DNA from: Squalus acanthias
Taxonomy: Eukaryota
Assembly: GCA_030390025.1 (NCBI GenBank)
Contig: CM059431.1
Span: 111,540,001 to 111,604,000 of the forward strand
DNA: 64,000 nt
Direction: 5' to 3'
Each line of letters opens with the position of its first letter. The stretch's first letter is position 1. The notes beneath the pieces are model-generated. The model saw nothing but the letters and a program-made list of their open reading frames with translations. It was not told the origin of the DNA and made no database searches. The position numbers and the translations under genes are program-made. Below, in pieces: positions 35,801-47,800 of this stretch.

Positions 35801-38800
35801 CTAAAAAAAACCACAACCACATAAAGAGTAAAATCGGACACGTTGTTAATAAGGTTTACCTGATAGTTCCTGAATAAAGTGAGCTTCACGTTGCGTTGGT
35901 GGGGCGGGGGTGGCGGAATGGCCGGGGGGGGCGGTGATTACCACACAAGGTGCGCGGTCATTGTTGCCACAATGCTATCACATTTTTATCAACGAGAATC
36001 ATGCACTGGTGACATGCTAGATGTGGTCATGTCACTGATTTGTAAACAGAGAATGAAAGAAAGACTTTGATTTATACAGTGCCTTTCATGACCTTAGGAC
36101 ATCCCAGAGTGCTTGACAGCCAACAAAGTACTTTTGAAGTGTTCTCACTGTTGTAATGTAGGAAACGCGGCTGCCAATTTGCGCACAGCAAGCTCCCATA
36201 AACAGCAGTGTGATAATGGCCAGATAATCTCTTTTGTTATGTTGGAAAAAGAGAGAATAACTTTTTCTAACAACTGCAGTAAAGACGACAATTCAACAAA
36301 AACAGCAACAACTTGTATTTATATCGCGCCTTGAACGAAGTAAAACGTCTCAAGGCGCTTCACAGGAGCGCTATCAGACAAAATTTGACACCGAACCACA
36401 TAAGGGGATATTAGGACAGATGGCCAAAAGCTTGGTCAAACAGGTAGGTTTTATGGAGCGGCTTAAATGAGGAGAGAGGTAAAGAGGTGGAGAGGTTTAG
36501 GGAGGGAATTCCAGAGCTTAGGGCCTCGGCAGCTGAAGGCACGGCCGCCAATGGTGAAGCGATTAAAATCGGGGAAGCGCACGAGGCCAGAATTGGAGGA
36601 GCACAAAGATCTCGGAGGGTTGTGGGGCTGGAGGAGGTTACAGAGATAGGGAGGGGTGAGGCCATGGAGGCATGGAGGGATTTGAAAACAAGGATGGGAG
36701 TCGAGCGTTGCCGGACCGGGAGCCAATGTACATCAGCGAGCACAGGGGTGATGGGTGAATGGGACTTGGTGCGAGTTAGGATACGGGCAGCAGAATTCAA
36801 CTGCAATAAGGCGACAATTCTTCTTCAATATTGGGGGCATTCTGTGGCTTGGTCACGGATTTGTTTTCTGGACAGGCAAGTTCTATTTCAAACAGTGCTG
36901 CGCATCAGCTGATGTCCCAGCACACGCTCAACTTTCACATCCTCAAACCAGAAACAATGGAACAATCAGTAACCAGGGGCTTCAGCAGATGATGATCAGC
37001 TTCGAAAGAGGAGTCTGCTGCCTCCCCCGAGGGGAATTCACAAGATCAACCACAGTGTTGGGTGGGGGAAAGTAGAGGCTCTGCACTTTCTTAGTGTTGG
37101 TGGGATCGGCAGGTGTGGCTGTCTATCAAGCAGCAGTATATTAAAAAAAAAGTCTCATTAGGAACACCCCACACAATAGACCCGGGTGCACCGCATCCAA
37201 CAGCCCACATTTACTCTCTCCTTACCTTCTTTAGTCTCCATTTTAATCAGCAACACAATGCACACCGGATTCTTTCCCGAACTCCCTTTCTTAGACACAC
37301 AAGGTATAAATAAGGCTAAAGCACATGACTCAGATATGCATTGTTCTCTCATTGCTCCCTTGCTTAACACTGCACTGACGGGCGTTAGAGAAAGAAAAAC
37401 GCTTTGCAAATTCTTGAGGAGCCAAATAAGGAGCACCGTGATATGACACAACACTTCACAAATTCCTGACTACGCTAGCAGCAAGTTTACAGTCCTTTGC
37501 AGATCTGCGGCAGCACCGTGGAGTCTGCCAAGCCTGTCACAGGAAGCTGGGGGAGATCCAAGGACTGATAACCAGGAAGGCCGTTCAGATTGGAGCAATG
37601 TGCAACATGGACAGGGAATAACTGATTGCAAGGTCACTACTCAAGGTGATTCCAGGATGAAAAACACTTAAAAATCTTACAAGATTTATATTTATAGATC
37701 ATTTATTGGGAGCTAACGTCAAATAATTTGGCCACTGTTGCAATAATGTTCACAATTGATAAATTTTTAGTGTGAATATGATCAAACATCAACGGCACGC
37801 AATGCTCGGACAATGATGAAAATGTAACAAGCAAAAACATTGGAGTGAGAGAACAGAAACACTGGCTATTTTCCCCCTCGCTAAGCATGAGATATGGTTA
37901 CATTTTAATCAAACACAATGTAATAAACAACCACAACAGATGTAAACAGCCAGAAACTTTACTTAACGGAGAATAATTAGCCAGGAGCCATGATAAATGA
38001 AACCACAAGCCGACTCACGATTCTACAGTGCTGTCAATATTTAACTTTCCAACTTCCTAATTCAGCATGACAGGGCACTGAAGAAAATAAACTGGTCAAA
38101 TGAATGAAGCATTTGCAACACGGGTTCAGAAATGGCTGTGAAAATGTGATTACAATGATTCATGTGTTTAGAATGGCTCAGTGTTACTGTACAGTAAGCA
38201 GCCATTTAGTTCAACTAAGTGTTTCCAATTATTTTACATAGTTCCACTATCAATATTTGACTGCAGCTGTGACGAAGATTTATGCTCCATTCCTAAATAA
38301 ATTTCCGCCTCAATTGACTAAACATACTCGAATACTGCTTGGGAAATATTGTCTGGTGACACTCCTGTGAAGCTTCTTGGGAAGTTTTACTCCGCCAAAG
38401 GCGCTATATGAATGCAAGTCGTTGTTGAAATCAAGAGAAACATGAAACAAAGTTGGCCCAGTTCCCTGCTGCAAAAAACCCCAAAGGTCGGGCACGAGGT
38501 GCAACCCAGATGGCAACATATTGGCCCGGATTGTGCGGTGGGTAATGATGGTGAACTGTCAGCGTGCGCCGTCATTACCCCTCTGAAACTGGCCGCAACT
38601 TCAGGATTTAGCGCATGCGCATCTAAACGCGAAAATCCTGAAGTTGCGGTCAGTCATTCACTGCTCCAACACTGGCTGCGCTGTGGACCACCGCCCCGCC
38701 CGCCCCCCACCCCCCACCCCGCCCCCCGCCCCCAACCATAGCTGGAAATCAGTGGAACTGATGAAAACTTGGGCTATTCCCGCGGTAATAGCACTGTTAA

Positions 38801-41800
38801 ATACCCCATTAAATATTAAGCCTTGTTGGAGTAGGTGTAACCAGGGCTTTAACAGCATATTGACTGCTAAACAACCGTTCTAGGCCTGAAAAACTAATTT
38901 TTATATTTGTGGCGTGTCAAATTTCTCCATTATAATAAAGCTTACAATTTGTTCATCATATTTCTGCTTCTACCTTATCCCCAGGTGAAAGTCCCAATCT
39001 TCATTTTCCTCTCTGTAACATTTTTAAAAAGTCCGGATAAAAGCTGCTTTTCATTTCCTGGTTTGCTGTCTGTGAGAATTCTTCAATGTGATTGGCTGCT
39101 TAGACAGCTTGTTGGCGTCACTGGAGATTCCCATTACACTGCGCTACAATCAACTGCACGTCGAGAAATTCAAACCTCTCGCGAGATCTCTGTGGGCAGC
39201 TTTCTTCAAGGCCTGCGGTGAGCGCCTTTGCTTCGCTGCTGACCGCAAATTACGGGCCATTAATTTTTACATAGAATTAACAGGACAGAAACAGGCCATT
39301 CGGCCCAACTGATCTATGCCAGTGTTTATGCTCCACACGAGCCTCCTCCCACCCTACTTCATCTCGCCCTATCAACATATCCTTCGATTCCTTTCCCCAC
39401 ATGTACTTATCTAGCTTCCCCTTAAGTGCCCGATGATGCCACTGTCCTGGTTGGTCGAACACTGCAGCATACTGTGGCTGAACGTCTGATCTCACAAAAT
39501 TCACGATGATCAAGAATGTTTCAAGTACGGCATGCCGCCGCGGTGTTTGATCCTCGAGTGAGCAGCAGCATCAGGCAGGAGCCAGGAATGGTGCTGACAG
39601 GCAAGTCAGAGATGATTTTCATGTGGCGGCAGGTGTTTCATGGATTCTGTGACAAAACCACAGCCGTGATTTTCCAGTGGCCTTGCCCGTCGCGAAGGAA
39701 GCATTGCGTCCCATTAAATATTCCGTAGATGTAGGTAGATAGCTGTTATACTCATGCAGATTATAGGGAAGGATACACGTCTCCTTATAAACTCCAGGGG
39801 GGAAAAATTCAGTTGGTTGCGTCTCCCGTTAGCGCCTTAAGAGGGCGCTAATGGGGCGCAAATCATCTAGCGCCCAGGCGCGGCAATGTTTGCGCCGCTC
39901 GCGAAATTAACTAGACACTTTGCGGCGGCGCTAAACAGTACCGCCACGATCTCCTACGCCGGCAGATCGTGACGTCAGTCGAGTGCGCAATGCCCCGGTA
40001 TCGCCCCGGAGCGGATATTGAGTGGCGCCCCCTGCCTTACCACCTGACGCTAGCAATGACAGGTTGAGGGGAGCGTTTTGCAGTCATGAAGGGACTGGGG
40101 GAGTGCAATTTAAAGGCGACCGCTTCCTGCCTTTTATTGTTGGTGCCATTTTTGAACCATGCATTCTGAGAGAGAGGGAGAGAATCATCTGGAGAGATTC
40201 AACGCTGTGTGAAGGAGTTTTGGGTACTGAGCAGCACTTTGCAGGTTCATTTTGATTTGCCATTCCTTGTATCGATTTAGAAGAGACTGTGGGGGCTGCA
40301 CTCTGAGCTCTTTCCCTGGTACTCTCCATTGTTCTTTCCAGCAGATTTGATGTGCAGGTCTCTCCAGGCCAAGATTCAAGGCTGCAATGAGCAGGATGTG
40401 GATGGAAAGCAAGATCAACCATCCCCTTTAAGAACTGGCCGACGCCATTGTGTCTGTGTTCCATTGCTGACTGACATCACATGAGCTTCGCCAGCGCTCT
40501 GAGGTAGCGCCTCGCTCCTCGGCCTTTGCGCCTTAAGACAGATGTGTAGCGCCTGATTTAACGCTCCAATTACCTCCAGGGGCGATAAAAGTCAAGTTTG
40601 CAGTCGGTGGCGATAATTAGCGCCAGGCGCTAATCTTTGCGCCCGGCTGATAATTGCACCCCAAATGGGGCGATACTGAATTTCTCCCCCCTGCAGGAGT
40701 ATAACAGCTATCTACCTACAGCAAGAGAATATTTCATTTGGGTCACTCTTGTTCGTACTGTGCAGGTAAAAATTTGACCTCAAACAAGAACCAAATCAAA
40801 ATCCAGCATTTTTATTTCCAACAGCTGACATCTTCATCATTGAAGGAGAAAATAAGTGGGATTATTTTCACCATGAAGAAAATTGTATTGTTTAAATGAA
40901 AACCTTTTTAAAACGCTTCAAACTAGTAGGGTTTTAAATTTACAGCAATTCCCCTTCTGGTCTCTCAACTCAATGAAGAGGCACTCAACTGATGTCAGCT
41001 CCGAGATATACATCCTACTGGTCCTGGATCCCAATTTCCAGCACTGTGGTGTAGCTGACTAGCTCCCTGCAGGTTACGGACACCCTCCATGGAGGACAAG
41101 ATAATGGCCCAGATTTAGCTGGAACGGGGCATCTCGCAGGGTGCCCTGTTAGTTAGCCTTGCTCGGGCCTGTTTAGGTTTTTTTTTTAAATTTCCCACAA
41201 AGTTGCTGGAAGTGCGAGCTGGTATCGGTGCGGCGAGGGCAACAGGGCATCTGGGACCTTGGTGAATGATGGAACGGTCTATCTCCTTAACCAATGAGAG
41301 TAAAGAATTGAGAAATAAACAGAGGAAGGACTGAGAAGAGGGTGCATTTGAGTGGGTGAATTCATTGTCAAAATCAGGTTCAGAAAGAGAAATAGAGAGA
41401 GGGAAAGAAAGATTGGATTAATAGAGAGAGAAAAAAAAGAGGAAAAGTAAGATTTTTTTTTATTTTAAATTTGACATTTTTAAAACCTCCAACAACAATT
41501 CACTGAGACTCCACACTTTCAGTTGTTTACTTTCTGGACCAGAGAGGTTGATTGGCAGTCATTAACAATTATCACGTTGGTAAATGGTTACTTGCGCTAT
41601 TAATTACTAGACTTAATTTTCTGTGGCGAGTTTAATGGGCAATTAATGCGCAAATGCAGCAATTTCAAGAAACACACGGGGAGGTTAATCACGAGATGTC
41701 GTTTTCGCGAGGCTAACGATGGAGTGGCGCAAATCGTCCAGCAACTTGTGGCGATTTGCAATTCACAAGGTATCTCTTCCTCGTCATCAGTTGCTGGTCG

Positions 41801-44800
41801 ATTTACACACTACTAACGACATGATGTTAAACTTAAAGGCATAAAAATTCGGTGGCTTTGCGCCTCCCGTTAGCGCCCTAAGAGGGCACTAACGGGGCGC
41901 AAAGCAACTAGCGCCCGGGCGTGGCGCTGCGAACGCCTCCCGTGAAATTCAGCGGGAGGTTAGCGACGGCGGTAATCGTTAGTGCCCCGCGGTGCTGTGC
42001 CGCCGGCAATGACGTCATCGCCGTGCGCAGCGCCCCGCTCGCGCCTCGGCCGCAATCTTCGGTAGCACCCCCTGACTTACCGCTGGACGCTATGTCCGAC
42101 AGGATATGGGGGACCTACCTGCGGCCGGGGCGGCGCTAATTAAAGGGAAGATGCCGGGCGGCCATTTTTGTTGCTGGCCGCCTGCCAACACCTGTCCCCT
42201 CTGCCGTCCCCGGCCTCCTCTGCAGCCCCCCCCCCCCCCCCCCCCCCCCGCGGAGTGCCAGCTGCGCTCCGTGAGCCCAGCACCTTTCTTGAGTGCCAGG
42301 CTCTTTTGCCGGTACTTCCGATCCCCAGGGGGCCCAGCAGGGACCCGGGTCGCGCTGCGCAAGGCCCCTCCCCTTTAAGAAGGGGAGGAAGGCCTGCAAT
42401 ACCGCGGCATGTAGCGCCGTGATATTCACTCACAGCGCCCCAAGAGGGAGGTGGGGCGCTTCCAGTAGCACCGCGCCTCCCTCTTGGGGTGCTACCAGTG
42501 AATTTCGGCCGCAGAGGCGCAAATTTTTTCGGGGCGCTACCTACTCAGTAGGAGTGACTGAAAATATTTTTAACTTTACCTAGGTGAGAGCAGTGTTTAT
42601 GATGAAATACTTCACCCTATATTTATCCCAAGTAATGGCCCCTTTGAGTAATATTACCCATTCTCCTATTTCATTGAAATTCTTAGGAGCAAAAAGTTCA
42701 TCGGATGCTGTAATAGAAATAATAACTGCAAATATATGGCATTATACCCCAGGAGAGACGTTTACTTTTAAAAATAGTAAAACTGTTTCACTCATTCTGC
42801 ACAGGTTCCTTGACGCAGCAGGCAACAGTTTGTTCTGTTGCCCACCAATATCACTCATTACCAATTATGTGCAATGACTCACACCAAGTCCCGTTCACCC
42901 ATCACCCCTGTGCGCGCTGACCTACACTGGCTCCTGGTCCGCCAACGCCTCGATTTTAAAATTCTCATCCTTGTTTTCAAATCCCTCCATGGTCTCGCCC
43001 CCTCTCCCTATCTCTGTAACCTCCTCCAGTCCTACAACTCTCCGAGATCTCTGCGCTCCTCCAAATTCTGGCCTCTTGAGCATCCCCGATTTTAATCGCT
43101 CCACCATTGGGGGCTGTGCCTTCAGCTGCCAAGGCCCTAAACACTGGAATTCCCTCATTAAACATCTCTGCCTCTCTCTCCTCCTTTACGATACTCCTTA
43201 AAATCGACCTCTTTGACCAAGCTCCAACAACCTATCCTAATATCTCTTTGTGGCTCGGTGTCAAGTTTTGTCTGATAACACTCCTGTGAAGCATCTTGGG
43301 ACGTTTTACTACGTTAAAGGCGCTATATAAATGCAAGTTGTTGCTGCTATTGTTGCGTGTGGGTCGCAGAAGCTGCCCAAACATATCAAGTGACCTCTCT
43401 GTGACCCCACACTCTCATCGAGTGAAGAGCACAGCATCGCTGGATTTACCCGATACTGTACACAATCTGATCTGCTGGAGGTTTCTTTAAATATCCATGA
43501 TAAAGGTACGAATGGGAAGTTAAAAAGACCAGGAAGTTAGAACGAGAAGCAGATTACATTGCTTCCCTCGCCACAACTATAGTTCGCAACTGCAATTCAT
43601 CAACAGCTCTAAAAACAACAACTAGCAAAAAAAACCAGAAAATTAACCCTTTGCATTCTTTGCACTGCCTCCAGATTAACTCTGGGTACAGCCTAAACAA
43701 GGGTCTGAGCTGGGCCCATTTACTGTACATACTCACAATTCAGATTAAAAATGTAGGTGCCCGTGGTGGCGGTTTGAAGGTAGGGGATTGTTTTCACCGT
43801 CGGTTATTGTGGTGGACGGTACTACATTCGGTTCCTGGCTCCTGGCCTGTTGCTGCTTTCCTGTCCACCTCCGACAATGCAGCATTCCCTCAATAATGCA
43901 CTGTTCCGAAGTGCCAGATTATCGTGAAATGGGGTCCAACCCACCGCCTTCTGACTCGGAGCAAGAGCGTTACCAACTGAGCCAAGCTGACACCAACTGT
44001 GGGACAGCAACAGGGGTCAATTCCCCAGCTCGCCACTGTATTGCCACAGATGAGGGGTTTTCAGTTATAATAGGGGTCAAACATTTTGTGAAAGTGAGTC
44101 AAGCTCGAGGGTCACAAAATATTTTTTTGACTTTCAGTCTGTTTGTCCCTGTGACGCTGGAAGCTAATTACCGTCTGCGTCACCTGCTGTAATATCATGA
44201 TTGTACTATGATTACCATGGTGCGGCAGGTAAAGGCTTTCAACTGTTGTAGGATTTCTTAAGCCAGCAGAATGAAGCACTACAATAATATAATATGATGC
44301 TAAGACAGTAGATGGCACTGTCACCAAGCAACTGCTGGGTTTCTTCAGATGAATCTACAGAATCTCTATTAAGCTGTCAGAAGGCCTCCTGATGAGAGCT
44401 CAGTTGCTAAGTCCATTGTCTGGTGTGGAACTGAGGTCGGATCAGGAAGATCCACATTTGCATTCCTGGTCTATGTTGAGGTACCTGCTCACAGCCAGTG
44501 ACAATTGGGGTGCTACCACTGGCCTTAGCACTGCTGAGTTAGGGAATGAAGTAGGGCTTGGCTCCTGATCACGACTCAGTGACCCGGGCTGGGAAATGCG
44601 TGTACGCAAACATTAGGTCAGGAGAGGATAAGCCTCAAAGGTGACGGTCCCATGCCTGCTGAAACTGCTTGTCTCGCCAATCGGGAGAGGGAACAGTGAG
44701 TGCCTGACGCCTGTGATACAAAAATCAGTGCCTTCCCAAGAGAAGAGGCGAAAACGGGAAGACGTTTGTGCAAAGTGCGTGCTCACTTTCAACACAGCTG

Positions 44801-47800
44801 TAAAAGAAACCCGCAGAAAATTGTGACACGTGCGCCGTACGTCCAGGGTTAGTCCAGCTCAACGTTACTGCTGCTAGCAGCTCGGAAAAGCGGTGGTGAA
44901 TGAGAAAAGTTTTCCTTTTGAATGGAGGTATGGGGAGAGAGCGGGAATATGGTATTGAGATAGAGGATCAGCCATGATCATACCGAATGGCGGAGCAGGC
45001 TCGAAGGGCCGAATGGCCTACTCCTGCTCCTATTTTTCTATGTTTCTATGAGGTAGGGTTTAGCTGGCAGCAAGTGGACCCAGCTCTGCTGGCTCCTGAG
45101 TTTAGAGAGCTTCCATATTCTGATTCATGTACACTGCACTTTATCGCTGTGTGTTGTCCTGGAAATATTCATGAGCCTAATCACACCAAGGAAAAAGTAT
45201 GGAACAGTTTCCATCTTTGTCGGCGCGCTTCCCCTCACTTCTGTAAAGGCCGTAAAACGCACATGCTGCTTGACATCTTTTAACATTGTTCTCTTTGCTT
45301 CTCTCTATTTCTTCTCACTGTTGTTTTCCTTTTCAGTATCTCGCTCGCACCCCTTTCCTTTTACTTATCTCGCTACTCTTCTTGTCCTCCTCCCTCCCTC
45401 CCTCCCTCCTCCTTCTGCTCCTTTCTCCGTTATCTCTCTCCATCTCGCCCTTCTCACTGTGAAGTGTGTCGCTCATAGATTGCTAGCCTGCTGATTCACA
45501 CCCGTTTGCTACCTGCCAACTGGGAGTCGTCTGATGTTGCTGCCTCATTCAGCTATGTGGAGCATGTGCTGAAGAACAATTAGCGTCACGCTGAATTCAT
45601 TAGTTTTCCCTCACTGCCATTTTAAAAACCCAAGTCAGCGAGCGGACAGTTCCACTAAAATAATGAATCTTGGGAACGTCTTTCTACGTCTGCATTTTCA
45701 TTAGGAATTCCCATATTGAATATGGGAATCTTCACCTAAATGGCAGCCCTAGCATTGCCCCAGCATCTCTCTTAGAGTGAGAGTTTTGCTAAGGTCCAGA
45801 AACAAAATATCTGTACTACAGGGGAAGATAGATCAAACCCTCAAACCCCCCTCTCCAAAAAAAACATCTCATACAAGATGAGGGTCAACAATACAAAGCT
45901 TCTGTCTCCCAAAAAGCTCCCTTGTGTCGATCGCCATTTCTCCTCTGTTGTTCCTCATTTTACTCAGTGCATCCCCGTCCACCATATACATATGTGTATT
46001 AAAAAATACATTCGAACACCAAGCTGTATGTTCAAATACAAAATATAGGACCCTTGGTAATAAAAAAATCAGTCATCACTGGGAGAACAAGCCCAAAACA
46101 CTGCAGTTACTTCGGCAAAAGGAATTCAATTTAATGGAACAAGTGACCAGTGGGGCCTGAATAATGCTTCTGTGGCTTCCTGCACATTACGGAGGAAGCT
46201 TAAACGCATCAATGATGTATACACTTACACAGTTACCTTCTCCTTTAGGCTCTGCTCACCAGACAGTGATTAATGTATTTTGACGGGAAGGTTAAAGGAG
46301 CAGTAGACCTTATATGTGATGCACAACCATCAAAAGTAACTGCGATACTGTACAGGTACTTCACTTATGAAGCTCGCTGGATCAATCTCATTTCTATGGG
46401 GTACGGTACCATAGTGGTTATGTTACTGAACTAGCAATCCAGAAATCTGGACTAATGATCCCTCGACATAAGTTCAAATCCCACCACAACAGCTGGAGAA
46501 TTTAAATTCAGTTAATTAAATACATTTGGAATAAAATGCTGATGTAATGGTGACCATGGAACTACTGGATTGTTGTAAAAACCCATCTGGTTCACTAATG
46601 TCCTTTAGGGAAGGAAATCTGCTGTCCTTACCCGGTCTGGCCTATATGTGATTCCAGACCCACAGCAATGTGGTTGGCTCTTAACTGCCCTCTACGGTTC
46701 AAGGCGGCGGCTCACCACCGCCTTCTCAAGGGCAATTAGGGATGGGCAATAAATGCCGGTCTTGCCAGTGGCACCCACATCACATGAACAAATAAAATTA
46801 AAAAAATTCTGCCTAACAAAAAACTGAAAGAAATGCTGGCAACTACCAACTCTTTTCCAGTAAACCTAAGAGCTTAAGAATTAGGAGCAGGAGTAGGCTA
46901 CACGGCTCCTCGAGCCTGCTCCGCCACTCAATAAAATCATGGCTGACCTTCGACCTCAACTCCACTTTCCCGCCCGATTCCCACATCCCTTGATTCCCCC
47001 ACAGTCGATCTCAGCCTTGAATATACTCAACGACTCAGCATCCACAGCCCTTTGGGGTAGAGAATTCCAAAGATGCACAACCCTCTGTCAGTCTTAAATG
47101 GCCGACCCCTTATCCTGAGACTTTTTATTATTCATTCATGGGATGTGGGCGTCGCTGGCAAGGCCAGCATTTATTGCCCTTCCCTAATTGCCCTTCAGAA
47201 AGTGGTGGTGAGTCACCTTCTTGAACCGCTGCAGTCCTTGTGGTGAAGGTACTCCCATAGATACAAGGGGCATCATGGGGTATGGGGAGAGAGCGGGAAT
47301 ATGGTATTGAGATAGAGGATCAGCCATGATCATATTGAATGGCGGAGCAGGCTCGAAGGGCCGAATGGCCTAATCCTGCTCCTATTTTTCTATGTTTCTA
47401 TAGTGCTGTTAGGGAGGGAATTCCAGGATTTTGACCCAGCGACGATGAAGGATCGGTGATATATTTTCAAGTCAGGATGGTGTGTGACTTGGAGGGGAAC
47501 TTGGAGCTGATGGTGTTCCCATGCGCCTTCTGCCCTTGTCCTTCTAGGTGGAGAGGTCGCAGGTTTGGGAGGTGCTGTCGAAGAAGCCTTGGCGAGTTGC
47601 TGCAGTGCATCTTGTAGATGATACACACTGCAGCCACGGTGCGTTGGTGGTGTAGGGACTGAATGTTTAAGGTGGTGGATGGGGTGCCATGGATAGACTA
47701 TGCCCAAACATCCAAGAACATGGTGGCAGGACATATTGAGAGAGTGGTTAGCAAGGCATATGGGATCTTGGGCTTTATAAATAGAGGTATTGAGTACAAA

